DNA of 64,000 nucleotides from Spirochaetia bacterium (GTDB lineage Bacteria; Spirochaetota; Spirochaetia; DSM-2461). Positions 48,091-57,926 of this stretch are shown here, one piece after another; positions within the stretch are counted from its first letter, which is position 1; every line of letters begins with the position of its first letter. The stretch is from contig OY764216.1 in NCBI GenBank assembly GCA_963668315.1, forward strand, positions 2,240,001 to 2,304,000. Direction: 5' to 3'. A program made the translations under genes and the position numbers. The notes under the pieces were generated by a model that was given only the letters and a program-made list of their open reading frames with translations, had not been told where the DNA came from and ran no database searches.

Positions 48091-48117
48091 AATCGACGCT
48101 GCCGGGGAGGATAAAAA

Positions 48118-48381
48118 TTGCCTAATAATAAGAGTACTGAAAAAAGACTTAGACAGAGCCTTAAGAAAAGAGCTCATAACAGAGCCATCAAGAGCAGAGT
48201 AAGAACCAGCGTAAAGATTTTTGAATCTGCCGTTGCCAACCACGATAAAGCACAGGCCGAATCGTGCTTCAAGGAATTCGTAAAACTGGCTGATACAGCC
48301 GCAGGCAAAGGTGTATACCATAAGAATACTATTGCCAGAAAGAAGTCCAGGCTTAACAACGTATTGGCAGGTATGAATTAA
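48118..48381 (+). CDS. rpsT: 30S ribosomal protein S20
   Basis: KSTEKRLRQ, NRAIKSRVRT, KGVYHKNTIARKKSRL; TTG start with GGGGAGG RBS. Confidence 0.96.
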   Translation: MPNNKSTEKRLRQSLKKRAHNRAIKSRVRTSVKIFESAVANHDKAQAESCFKEFVKLADTAAGKGVYHKNTIARKKSRLNNVLAGMN

Positions 48382-48405
48382 TCTTATAAAGAGAGTGGTT
48401 TTGTT

Positions 48406-48708
48406 ATGGCTAGCAAAAAAATGACCAAAGCGGAGATTATCGAAAATATCTTTGAGGATACCAATATATCCAGAAAAGATATTCATGAGATAATCGACAA
48501 TTTCTTTTCCGAAGTTAAAACCGCTTTAACCGATGATCGTATCGTGGAGTTGAGAGGCTTTGGCACATTTGAGATTCGGACAAGAAAGGGCAGGGAAAAG
48601 GCGAGAAATCCTAAAACGGGTGAAATCGTTCCTGTCAATACCCATGGTGTCACTGTCTTCCGTCCCGGTAAGGAACTGAAGCAGATGGCCTGGGATCTCA
48701 GAAATTAA
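48406..48708 (+). CDS. HU/IHF-family DNA-binding protein (Hbb-like)
   Basis: VELRGFGTF, ARNPKTGE, FRPGKELK. Confidence 0.95.
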   Translation: MASKKMTKAEIIENIFEDTNISRKDIHEIIDNFFSEVKTALTDDRIVELRGFGTFEIRTRKGREKARNPKTGEIVPVNTHGVTVFRPGKELKQMAWDLRN

Positions 48709-48713
48709 TTACG

Positions 48714-48745
48714 AACCCGGTCTGCATAGAAGATCGGGTTTTTTT
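48714..48745 (+). terminator. intrinsic terminator after HU
   Basis: AACCCGGTCT/AGATCGGGTT stem followed by a T-run. Confidence 0.8.
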
Positions 48746-48911
48746 GTTGAAATCGCCCCTGGGGCAGCACGAATCCGCCTTTTGCGGGCGGGTCCATTTT
48801 ATACATTACGGCCTTCTACCGTTTTGTTGATTAATCAAAAAGTGTATCGAGCCGGTAATAATCATTCATGGTAAAATTCCGGTTACATATTGATCTGAGG
48901 GAGGACCTTTC

Positions 48912-49133
48912 ATGGTTTCCGAAGAAAAGAAAAGGGTTTTAGCTCTGTTTTCCGAAGGGCGGGAGCTTTATAAAAAGCAGGAATTCGCTAAAGCAAAAAT
49001 GAAATTTGCCGAGGCGCTTAAGCTTGATTCAGAGGACGGGCCTTCCCAGGTATACTATATGAGATGCGATCATTATATGAAAAATCCGCCCCCTCCCGGT
49101 TGGGATGGTGTATTTGTTATGCATACAAAATAG
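48912..49133 (+). CDS. small TPR-like protein resembling the C-terminal tail of class III adenylate cyclases
   Basis: GGAGG RBS; DGPSQVY..RC....PPP.GWDGVFVMHTK. Confidence 0.75.
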   Translation: MVSEEKKRVLALFSEGRELYKKQEFAKAKMKFAEALKLDSEDGPSQVYYMRCDHYMKNPPPPGWDGVFVMHTK

Positions 49134-49152
49134 GGAATAGTAGAGGATTACA

Positions 49153-49551
49153 TTGGCAAAGGCAAAGATAACAACGGAATTCGGACTGGGAGAGGATACC
49201 TTTTTTAAAGGTGTCATGCGGTTTGACAATTCACTGCGGATATCGGGGAAATTTGAGGGTTCCATTGAGTCAGATGGTTTTCTTTATATCGAGAAGGGAG
49301 CGGAAATCTCGGCTGATATAAATGTAAATTCCGTTATTGTAGGCGGTACGATCCACGGTGATATACGCGCCAAGGATAACCTTGTCATGCTCGAAACGGG
49401 AAAAGTTTTCGGGAATATTGAAACGGGCTGTTTAAAGGCGAATGACGGTTTTGAATTCAAGGGTAAATGCGAAATGATAAACGACCGGATACCGGCGGAT
49501 ATTTTTTCCATCACGGCAACCCAGCTGCGGAAAAGTCTGAATGAGAGCTGA
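49153..49551 (+). CDS. bactofilin (second copy)
   Basis: LGEDTFFKG...LRISGKFEGSI...GTIHGDI...GKVFGNI...FKGKCEM; TTG start. Confidence 0.88.
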   Translation: MAKAKITTEFGLGEDTFFKGVMRFDNSLRISGKFEGSIESDGFLYIEKGAEISADINVNSVIVGGTIHGDIRAKDNLVMLETGKVFGNIETGCLKANDGFEFKGKCEMINDRIPADIFSITATQLRKSLNES

Positions 49552-50023
49552 TTCTCTAGGAACCGTTGCCCAAGTAACGATTTCCGGTTTACTTGGCAAG
49601 GGAAAAACTCTAGCCGTGGCTGAATCCTGTACGGGAGGATTAATCGGAAAAACGTTGACCGATATATCCGGCAGTTCGGCCGTCTTCTACGGCGGTTTTA
49701 TCCTGTATAGTAATGAAGCTAAACAGAACTTGGCGGGAGTTTCCCGGGAAACTCTCGAAAAATATGGAGCTGTTTCGGCAGAAACAGTTCAAGAGATGGC
49801 TGAGGGAACGAGAGCGCGGTGCCGAACCGACTACGCCCTGTCTGTCTCCGGAATTGCCGGTCCGGGAGGTGCTACTCCCGGTAAGCCGGTAGGTACTGTC
49901 TGGGTGGGACTTGCCCGCCCGGAAGGTACCGATGCTTTTCTTTTTCATTTTTCCGGTGATCGGGATAATGTTCGGTCAGAGACGGTGAGAGAAGCATTAA
50001 GTCTTTTAAATCGAATACTTTAG
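49541..50023 (+). CDS. CinA C-terminal domain / NMN deamidase (PncC-like)
   Basis: AVAESCTGG, SGSS, YGAVS, SGIAGP, KPVGTV. Confidence 0.92.
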   Translation: MRADSLGTVAQVTISGLLGKGKTLAVAESCTGGLIGKTLTDISGSSAVFYGGFILYSNEAKQNLAGVSRETLEKYGAVSAETVQEMAEGTRARCRTDYALSVSGIAGPGGATPGKPVGTVWVGLARPEGTDAFLFHFSGDRDNVRSETVREALSLLNRIL

Positions 50024-50102
50024 ATAAATCCCGGGAATGGGAAAATCCAATTGAAATGTTGAAGGGGATAAAAAGATTCACCCCTTCGGGAGTGTATGAA
50101 AA

Positions 50103-51827
50103 ATGGCTATTATCCGAAAGAAGAAACTGGTAGAAAACGCAGCCGAAGGGGCCGAGCAGCCAGAACTGGACTTGTTGTCTGAAAAGAGGGAAGGAAAAGA
50201 TTTCTCCCCGGAAACGACTGCTACTGTTACAATAAAAATGAAGAAAGAAGCGCCTGCTGACACTGGGGATGGCGAAGTAAAGAACGAAGAAAAACAGAAT
50301 GAGGAGAGGGAGGAGAACGGCGAGAGCGTTACTGTCAAGCCGGTAAAAAAGACTACTTCCAACTCTCCCAAGAAGAATAATGGTCCCAAAAATAGCAGGA
50401 ATAACCAGAAACCCTTCAGGACCAACAATAATAATAATAACAATAACAGCAACAATAGTAAAACGGGCCGGAACAGTCAGAACCGTCCCAAGAAGAATGC
50501 TTTTAATTACAATGCGATAAATAACGCCCCACTTCCTACCGATGATCAACCCCGGATCCTGATAAATGACCTCTCTGCCATGACGATGCCGGAACTGAGA
50601 AGCCTGGCGGAACAGGGGGGGATGGAAAGAGAAGATCTGATCGTTTTAAAGAAGCAGGAAGTTATTTTCCAGATTCTGAAGAAACATATTGAGGATAACG
50701 GGGTAATTTTTGCCCACGGTTCTCTGGAAATTCTTCCCGATGGGTACGGTTTTCTCCGCTCCCCCGAAAATTCCTATCTTCCGGGCAGTGATGATATCTA
50801 TGTGGCTCCCGCCCAGATTCGTCTTTTTAACCTGAAAACGGGAGATACCGTTTATGGACAGATCCGCTCGCCCAAGGAAAGCGAGAGATTCTTTGCCATG
50901 CTCAGGGTGGAAAAGGTTAACTTTGATGAACCGGCGATTGCCCAGCAGAGAGTCTCCTTTGAGAATCTTACGCCTCTTTTCCCCACCGAGCGGCTGGATA
51001 TGGAGACGAAAATACCCGATCCCGGTACCAGAATGATCAATCTTTTCTGTCCCATCGGAAAAGGCCAGAGAGGCCTTATCGTTTCTCCTCCCCGGACCGG
51101 AAAAACGGTGCTTCTAAAGAAGGTCGCCAATGCCATTATTGAAAATCAGCCCGACGTGCATCTCATCGTGCTGCTGATTGATGAGCGTCCCGAAGAAGTT
51201 ACCGATATGAAGAGAAGCGTTAAGGGTGAGGTAATCGCCTCTACCTTTGATGAGCAGGCTACGAGACATGTCCAGGTGGCTGAAATGGTTCTGGAAAAGG
51301 CCCGCCGGCTGGTGGAGCACAAAAAGGACGTGGTGATTCTGCTGGACTCCATTACCCGTCTGGCCAGAGCCTATAACCAGACCGTTCCCACTTCGGGTAA
51401 GATTCTCTCCGGCGGTGTGGATTCCAACGCTCTTCACAGACCCAAGAGGTTTTTCGGAGCTGCCCGTAATATTGAAAACGGGGGAAGTCTCACCATCGTG
51501 GCGACGGCTCTTATAGAAACGGGAAGCCGCATGGATGAAGTCATTTTTGAAGAGTTCAAGGGAACCGGTAATATGGAGCTCGTTCTTGACCGTCGTCTGG
51601 CCGATAAGCGCGTTTTCCCTGCCCTCAATATCAAAAAATCCGGTACCAGAAGGGAAGATCTGCTTCTGACCAATGACGAGTTGAATAAAATGTGGGTACT
51701 GCGGAAGGTATTGAATCCCATGGATGATATGGAAGCGACCGAGATGATAGTTGACAAAATGCGAAAAACAAAGAATAATGAAGCGTTTCTTAAGTCAATG
51801 AACACGGCCCGTTACGACGAAGCCTGA
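50103..51827 (+). CDS. rho: transcription termination factor Rho with a long N-terminal low-complexity region
   Basis: [52 protein letters not shown]. Confidence 0.98.
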   Translation: MAIIRKKKLVENAAEGAEQPELDLLSEKREGKDFSPETTATVTIKMKKEAPADTGDGEVKNEEKQNEEREENGESVTVKPVKKTTSNSPKKNNGPKNSRNNQKPFRTNNNNNNNNSNNSKTGRNSQNRPKKNAFNYNAINNAPLPTDDQPRILINDLSAMTMPELRSLAEQGGMEREDLIVLKKQEVIFQILKKHIEDNGVIFAHGSLEILPDGYGFLRSPENSYLPGSDDIYVAPAQIRLFNLKTGDTVYGQIRSPKESERFFAMLRVEKVNFDEPAIAQQRVSFENLTPLFPTERLDMETKIPDPGTRMINLFCPIGKGQRGLIVSPPRTGKTVLLKKVANAIIENQPDVHLIVLLIDERPEEVTDMKRSVKGEVIASTFDEQATRHVQVAEMVLEKARRLVEHKKDVVILLDSITRLARAYNQTVPTSGKILSGGVDSNALHRPKRFFGAARNIENGGSLTIVATALIETGSRMDEVIFEEFKGTGNMELVLDRRLADKRVFPALNIKKSGTRREDLLLTNDELNKMWVLRKVLNPMDDMEATEMIVDKMRKTKNNEAFLKSMNTARYDEA

Positions 51828-51890
51828 GAGAAACAGTAAAGAGAAATCAATAGGGAGCCTTTGAATCGGAGGCTCTTGGAGGATAGTAAA

Positions 51891-52100
51891 ATGAAAGAGG
51901 GAATACATCCCAAATATGTAGAGGCCAAAATTACTTGTGCCTGCGGTAACGTGGTAGAGACAAGATCTACTGCCGGTGATATCGAGGTGGAAATCTGTTC
52001 CGCTTGCCATCCCTTCTTTACGGGTAAGCAGAAGCTTGTTGATACGGCAGGTCGTGTTGAGCGGTTTAACAGAAAATACGGTATCAAATCAAACAACTAG
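51891..52100 (+). CDS. rpmE: 50S ribosomal protein L31 (Zn-binding type)
   Basis: [29 protein letters not shown]. Confidence 0.97.
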   Translation: MKEGIHPKYVEAKITCACGNVVETRSTAGDIEVEICSACHPFFTGKQKLVDTAGRVERFNRKYGIKSNN

Positions 52101-52113
52101 TTTGTTTATCATG

Positions 52114-52141
52114 AAAGAGATCCTTCGGGGTCTCTTTTTTT
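52114..52141. terminator. intrinsic terminator after rpmE
   Basis: AAAGAGATCC-TTCG-GGGTCTCTTT followed by a T-run. Confidence 0.85.
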
Positions 52142-53234
52142 ATTCCATAAAGACAAAGCGGTTCCTTCCCTCGTCCTTCGCCCTGTAAAGGGCTTTGTCC
52201 GCCTCAAGTATTATTTCTGAAGGATTATTTCCTCCCCTTAAGCTGCTCATTACTATTCCCATGGATAGGGTTACCCGCTGGAAGGGACTTCTTTCGTGGG
52301 GAATGTCCAGTTTTTTCAATTCATCCAGTATTTCCCGTGAGAAGGTCAGAGATGTTTCTCTGTTGCAGCCGTAAAGAAGGCAGCAGAACTCTTCTCCTCC
52401 GTAGCGGAAGACATAATCGGTTTTTCTCCTGATCTGTTTTTTCAAAAGGAGACCGATTTTTTTGAGAACCTCGTCACCCATGGGATGGCCGTAGTAGTCA
52501 TTGTATTTTTTAAAATAATCCAGATCCATCATGATGAAGGTGACGTATTTCTCTGAATCATGAAAATTCCTTATCAGAAAAGCCCAGATGCTGTCCAGGT
52601 ACCGACGGTTATAGAGACCGGTCAGCCCGTCCTTGATGGCCTGGTCCTTAAGCTCCTCTAAGGTAATCAGAAGTCTTTTCTCCATTTTTTCACGGGTCTT
52701 CTCATAGAGGAATATGAGGAACGTTGCCAAAAGATAGCTGGTCACGAAGCGATAGAGAAAGGTTGAAGGGTAATCGGGGAGAAACTCAAAGGAAAGGGAG
52801 AGGGGGAGAATGCTGAAGGAGATCAGAATAAGGGAGTAGAGGGAGCCCTTTTTCCCGCCAAGCATGAACATGCTGAGTATGGGATAGGTATAGAACCATA
52901 CAAAAGAGTATCCTCCTGCACGGCTGGTGAGGAAAAGGGAGAGGAAAAAGAGCAGGACGAGAATGAGGGTCGCTTCGATGATCCTGTCGGGAGATTCCGC
53001 TTTTCCCATGGCCGTAAGAAGTGTTACCAGCACCAGCGCGAAGAGAAAGTCCAGAAAGCCCAGCATCCGGTCTCCTCTCAAGCATGACAGAAGTCCAATG
53101 GCAAGGAGAACTGTCAAACCGGTAAAGACCATAATGGTGTACATGAGCCTCTTTCTCTGTCTTTCGTCGGTGAGTGAAACCCTTTGGGACAGATACGCCT
53201 CCAGCTGGTTGATGTACATCTTGAATAATTTCAT
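52140..53234 (-). CDS. membrane-bound diguanylate cyclase
   Basis: About 6 TM segments; DGLTGLYNRR, DLDYFKKYND, RKTD I-site, GGEEF; start ATG 53234. Confidence 0.92.
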   Translation of the reverse strand: MKLFKMYINQLEAYLSQRVSLTDERQRKRLMYTIMVFTGLTVLLAIGLLSCLRGDRMLGFLDFLFALVLVTLLTAMGKAESPDRIIEATLILVLLFFLSLFLTSRAGGYSFVWFYTYPILSMFMLGGKKGSLYSLILISFSILPLSLSFEFLPDYPSTFLYRFVTSYLLATFLIFLYEKTREKMEKRLLITLEELKDQAIKDGLTGLYNRRYLDSIWAFLIRNFHDSEKYVTFIMMDLDYFKKYNDYYGHPMGDEVLKKIGLLLKKQIRRKTDYVFRYGGEEFCCLLYGCNRETSLTFSREILDELKKLDIPHERSPFQRVTLSMGIVMSSLRGGNNPSEIILEADKALYRAKDEGRNRFVFME

Positions 53235-53348
53235 GAATTCATTATAAGGGCTGGAGGTGAATAACGCAAAAAAAGAGAAATCCGCCGAAAAAGCGGCGGT
53301 AGATTTTTCCGTTGCAAAAAAAGCCATAATAGCTTACTATAAATATGA

Positions 53349-54491
53349 ATGGACACAATCGCCAGTCTGCATCAGAAAGAATACAAGGAAGCTCCTCTCA
53401 TTATCGTATCAGCACCGGGTCAGGTTAACATAATGGGGGAAAGAAACGAATATGCCGATGCCTATGTCATGGGTATGGCCCTGGATAAGAGGCTGGTCAT
53501 GTCCGTATCCAGATCAAAGGACAACTCCCTTTATCTCTACTCTTCCACCCTGGGAGAGAGGAAAAGAGTCAACCTTTCCACACTTAAATACAAACGTGAA
53601 GACCGGTGGGCTAATTATTTCAAGGGAATTATCGTGGCTTTCCAGCAGTTGGGCGCCGAACCGGAAGGGGTGAACGTCACCATAGGGGGAGATCTTCCCC
53701 ACGGCATAGGTCTGGGATCCTCTTCTGCCATGCAGGTGGCCTTCGCTTTCGCTCTGAATGAAATAATCGGCAGCGGCTTTTCCCTTATTCAGCTGGCCGA
53801 TATTGCCAGGCTGGCCGATTACCAGTTCCTCAAGGACGATTCGGGAATTGCCTCTCCCCTTATCAGCTGTCTGGGCCGGAACGATCATTTCCTCATGATC
53901 GATACGAAAGATCTGACCTCCGAGTTCTTCCCCATTAATATGGAAGGGTACTCCCTTATCATAACCGACTCCCATGTCCCCTTTCATCTGGACAAGGACG
54001 ATCATATCGATTTCCGCCGGGAATACAGCGAAGCGGGGCAGATCATACGCCGCCATAAACTGGGCATGTCCGTCAGGGACCTGACGGGACGGGACATCTC
54101 TCAGTCGGTTGAGATCCTCTCCGAAGACACCCGGCGGTACTGCCTGCATCTTATTGAGGAGAATCAGCGTGTTGAAGAGATGAAAGAGGCGCTGAAAAGG
54201 CAGGACTGGGAACAGATGGCCCGTCTTCTCATCAGGTCCCATGAGAGTCTGCGGGATCTTCTGGAAATTACCTGTCCCGAGCTGGACTGGCTGGTCAAAC
54301 GTATACAGGAACTATCACCTCCCTCGGGCAGCCGCATGTTCGGACCCGGTTTCGGCGGGTGTACAATTTCCCTGATCCATGATAGTAATATACCCAAGTA
54401 CGAAGAGATATTGGAGGAGTATGAGCGGATTTTCGGATTCAAAGCGGAATACTTCTTTTGCCGTCCTTCTGCAGGGGTAAGGAAAGAATGA
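53349..54491 (+). CDS. galactokinase-like GHMP protein with degenerate substrate motifs
   Basis: APGQVNIMGERNEY, PHGIGLGSSSA, SHESLRD, GPGFGGC. Confidence 0.8.
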   Translation: MDTIASLHQKEYKEAPLIIVSAPGQVNIMGERNEYADAYVMGMALDKRLVMSVSRSKDNSLYLYSSTLGERKRVNLSTLKYKREDRWANYFKGIIVAFQQLGAEPEGVNVTIGGDLPHGIGLGSSSAMQVAFAFALNEIIGSGFSLIQLADIARLADYQFLKDDSGIASPLISCLGRNDHFLMIDTKDLTSEFFPINMEGYSLIITDSHVPFHLDKDDHIDFRREYSEAGQIIRRHKLGMSVRDLTGRDISQSVEILSEDTRRYCLHLIEENQRVEEMKEALKRQDWEQMARLLIRSHESLRDLLEITCPELDWLVKRIQELSPPSGSRMFGPGFGGCTISLIHDSNIPKYEEILEEYERIFGFKAEYFFCRPSAGVRKE

Positions 54492-55234
54492 ATATTCTTC
54501 TGACAAATGACGACGGGTATGACAGGCAGGGTATTTCCCAGCTGGCCCGTGAACTCGGTAAGGAACACACCGTCTGTATTGTGGCTCCCGACGGCAACCG
54601 TTCCGGTTATGCCCACGGTTTTACTCTCCATGATCCGGTAAGGTTCCGCCGTGTGGCCGAAAGTGTCTGGGCCTGCAGCGGTACTCCCGCGGACTGTGTG
54701 TCCATCACGGCCCATGGAATGTTCGGATTCGAGCCGGATCTTATCATTTCCGGTATTAATTACGGGCCCAATCTGGGAACGGACATCATCTACTCCGGGA
54801 CCGCCGCGGCTGCCCGTGAGGGAGCGCTGAAGGGAATCCCCTCGGTGGCTGTTTCTCTGGTGCAGAGGGACGCACCCTATGATTTTTCCCGTTCCGTTGA
54901 ATTTATCGCCTCGAGAATTGAAGAGTTCCGCTCCCTCTGGGACAAGGACCATTTTCTGAATATCAACATACCGGCGGTGATTAAAGACCCCCTGGAGGTC
55001 CGTATCACCTCGCCCTGTATGAGAAAATATGTTGACAATTATCAATGCTTTACCGATCCCCACGGAGACCTTTTCACTTTTATGGACGGGGATATCGACG
55101 TTTCCCAGCCCGAAGAGGGGTCGGACCTGGAAGCGGTGGAGAAGGGGGTGATTTCCCTGTCTCCCATTTCCATCCATCCGGAAAACAGCCGGCAGGTGTT
55201 GAACGCGTACCGGCAGGCGTGGGAAAGGGAGTAA
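54488..55234 (+). CDS. surE: 5'/3'-nucleotidase SurE
   Basis: ILLTNDDG, SGTPADCV, SGINYGPNLG, YSGT. Confidence 0.96.
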   Translation: MNILLTNDDGYDRQGISQLARELGKEHTVCIVAPDGNRSGYAHGFTLHDPVRFRRVAESVWACSGTPADCVSITAHGMFGFEPDLIISGINYGPNLGTDIIYSGTAAAAREGALKGIPSVAVSLVQRDAPYDFSRSVEFIASRIEEFRSLWDKDHFLNINIPAVIKDPLEVRITSPCMRKYVDNYQCFTDPHGDLFTFMDGDIDVSQPEEGSDLEAVEKGVISLSPISIHPENSRQVLNAYRQAWERE

Positions 55235-55238
55235 TTCC

Positions 55239-55904
55239 GTGGGCAAGGAACAGGGAATTCAGGCCTACGGCGAAGGTGATTTTCACGAAGCTCTGGAGCA
55301 GTTTCTTCTGGATGACACCGATCCGGCAGCCGATGTGGAACTCTCCTATTATCTGGGACTCTGCTACACCCGCATGGACGATCTTGAAACAGCCCAGCTC
55401 TACCTTAACCGCGTGGTGGAGGCCGATTTCAACCTAATAAGAATCTATCAGTCCCGTATGATCCTCAGTTATATCTTTGCCATTTCGGAAAGGTTTGAAA
55501 GCGCCCGGTATCAGCTGGAACAGATCATAAACGAAGGCTTCGAGTCTCCCCAGGTATTCGCTTCACTCGGGTATAACAGCTGGGCTCTCGGTGAGACGGA
55601 TAAGGCGGTGGAGTACTATCGAAAAGCCATAGAGATCGACAGTGAAAATATCACCAGCCTGAACTCTCTCGGCTACATCCTGGCCGATGAGAAGATGGAT
55701 CTCAGGGAAGCGGTGGAGAACTGCCGCAAGGCCGTCGAGAGCAATCCGGAGAACAGTAATTATCTTGATTCCCTTGGCTGGGCCTATTATCGCATGGGAA
55801 ATTACAAGCTCGCCTACCAATACCTTCAGAGAGCCATAACTCTGGACAGGAACAATGGAGCGGTAAAACAGCATCTTACTGTTGTGGAGAAGCATCTTGG
55901 ATAG
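55239..55904 (+). CDS. tetratricopeptide repeat protein
   Basis: TPR units, including SLNSLGYILAD and YLDSLGWAYY. Confidence 0.88.
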   Translation: MGKEQGIQAYGEGDFHEALEQFLLDDTDPAADVELSYYLGLCYTRMDDLETAQLYLNRVVEADFNLIRIYQSRMILSYIFAISERFESARYQLEQIINEGFESPQVFASLGYNSWALGETDKAVEYYRKAIEIDSENITSLNSLGYILADEKMDLREAVENCRKAVESNPENSNYLDSLGWAYYRMGNYKLAYQYLQRAITLDRNNGAVKQHLTVVEKHLG

Positions 55905-57918
55905 AAAAATCGCCCTCTTTCTGCTTTTCATTCTGCTTCTTTTCTCTCTCCATTCACAGAATATCGATATGGATCAAGTCAATGCGGACGAGGAATTTCG
56001 TATCGGTGTGAATGCCTTCCACCAGGGGTTCTTCAATAAGGCCGTTCTGGCCATGGAGCGCTCTCTCGCTCTAAAGCCGGAAAGCAGTCTGGTGCGTGAA
56101 TGGCTGGGCCGCTGCTATTATCAGTCGGGATACGAAAATGCCGCCCTGAACGAATGGGATAATATCATACAGTCCGGTAAAGGCGGAGAAGCCTTAAATA
56201 ATCTGCGCAATATGGTGTACGAGCGGCGGGGTCTCTTGAACGAGCTGAAGGAGAGAGACTCTTGGGTGGAGCTGCTTCAATTGAGCCGAAACAGCGAGGA
56301 TATGCCGCTTTTTACCCGGCCCACTTCGGTCGACGCGTCACGGGACGGAACCGGCGGATATTATGTCGTGAACTTTGCCGGCGGAGAGATTGAAAAGTTT
56401 GACGCCAACGGTAATATGAAGGACCGTTTTGACGGGGGAATCGACAGTTTCAGGCGTCCCTTTGATGTCAAAGTCCTTCCCGACGGGAGAATGCTCGTTT
56501 CCGAGTACTCCGGCGACAGGGTGACCCTGACCGATCAGAGGGGTTACCGCTCCCTTACAATAGGGGAGACCGGAACGGGGGAGGGAAAGCTTCTGGGCCC
56601 CCAGTATCTGGCTCTGTCGGATAACTATTTTTATATCACCGACTGGGGAAACTCCCGGGTTGTCAAATATGATCTGGAAGGGCAGTTTATCCTTCAGTTC
56701 GGCGGAAGTACCACCTATTATGAGGGGCTAAAAGGGCCTTCGGGCATCGCTGTCATCGAGGGCGTTGTTTATGTGGCCGATACGGATCTGGGAAAGATTT
56801 TCGCCTTTGATGAAAACGGCAACTATCTCTATACCCTCATCGAAGAGGGGCTGGATAAACCGGAAGGGCTTACCTTAAGAGATTCGGGGGATCTGCTTAT
56901 CGCCGACGGACAGAGAATTCTCAATTTTGACTTTGAGACGGAAACTCTGGCGGTGATCTACGAACAGCCCGAATCGGAAGAGGGGCGTATCATGAAAACC
57001 GCCTTTGATGAAAACAACAACCTCATCGTCCCCGATTTCAATAATAACAGGATTTCCCTGATGACGGAACTCTCCACCCTTTACGGGGGGCTTTTTGTTA
57101 CCATTAACAGGGTGGATACGGCGGCATTTCCCGAAGTCCTGGTAGATTTCACCGTTCTTGACCGTTACGGCAATCCCTGTGTCGGACTGGATATGGCAAA
57201 CTTCCTCATCAAAGAGGATCAGTACTATCTTAACAGGATGGAACAGTTCGAAAGAGGAACAGATCTGGCTGTTTCCTTTCTCTTCCAGTCCTCCGCCGAT
57301 GTGGTGGATTCCAGGGAGAGGATAAAAGAGTCCCTGCTGGAATTGCTGAACACAAAAAATCCGGAAGACCGGTTTTCCTATCAGGCCACGGCCGAGACAC
57401 CCTATGAGCTTATCGGAGAAGGGGGAAACCCCCTGGTCGGTCTGGAAGAGAATTGGGGCATAAGGGATAATGCCCAGCTGGATACGGCCTTACGCATGGC
57501 CTCTTCCGGTCTGATAAATGACCGGAGGAGACGGGTCCTTTTCTTCTATACAGACGGCAAGCTCCCCGTGGATGCCTTTGATACCTACGGACTGGTCGAA
57601 ACCGGCCGTTTCATGAAGAATAACAACATATTGTTCTATCCCATCTATATCGACGGTGCTCAGCGGAGCGAAGAGCTGGATTATCTGGCCGATGAGACGG
57701 GCGGGGAAGGTTCCTATCTGCTGAGAAGCCGGGGATTGGGAGAAATACTGGAAGGAATCAGAAAGGAAAGGATGGGGAACTACACTCTGTCTTTTGTTTC
57801 TCAGAGCCGTAATGATTTCGGGAGAGCTTACATTCCCCTCAGTGTGGAAGTGAATTATCTGAAGAAAAGCGGACGGGACGAAATGGGATATTTCGCCCCG
57901 CTGGATTTCAGTTATTAA
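55897..57918 (+). CDS. exported TPR + NHL beta-propeller + VWA-like protein
   Basis: Signal peptide, TPR pair, NHL repeats (GPQYLA...YITDWGNSRV, GPSGIA...YVADT), C-terminal VWA-like segment (YTDG, LADETGG). Confidence 0.75.
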   Translation: MDRKIALFLLFILLLFSLHSQNIDMDQVNADEEFRIGVNAFHQGFFNKAVLAMERSLALKPESSLVREWLGRCYYQSGYENAALNEWDNIIQSGKGGEALNNLRNMVYERRGLLNELKERDSWVELLQLSRNSEDMPLFTRPTSVDASRDGTGGYYVVNFAGGEIEKFDANGNMKDRFDGGIDSFRRPFDVKVLPDGRMLVSEYSGDRVTLTDQRGYRSLTIGETGTGEGKLLGPQYLALSDNYFYITDWGNSRVVKYDLEGQFILQFGGSTTYYEGLKGPSGIAVIEGVVYVADTDLGKIFAFDENGNYLYTLIEEGLDKPEGLTLRDSGDLLIADGQRILNFDFETETLAVIYEQPESEEGRIMKTAFDENNNLIVPDFNNNRISLMTELSTLYGGLFVTINRVDTAAFPEVLVDFTVLDRYGNPCVGLDMANFLIKEDQYYLNRMEQFERGTDLAVSFLFQSSADVVDSRERIKESLLELLNTKNPEDRFSYQATAETPYELIGEGGNPLVGLEENWGIRDNAQLDTALRMASSGLINDRRRRVLFFYTDGKLPVDAFDTYGLVETGRFMKNNNILFYPIYIDGAQRSEELDYLADETGGEGSYLLRSRGLGEILEGIRKERMGNYTLSFVSQSRNDFGRAYIPLSVEVNYLKKSGRDEMGYFAPLDFSY

Positions 57919-57926
57919 AGTTTCTT

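Noticed and set aside
47830..48117. Riboswitch upstream of rpsT
   Set aside because: No recognisable aptamer; the region is better explained by the 56-aa ORF
48750..48905. Possible SRP/6S RNA, or an FNR box (TTGATTAATCAA), in the HU-TPR intergenic region
   Set aside because: No SRP helix-8 motif or long 6S-like duplex seen; palindrome spacing is N2 rather than the FNR N4
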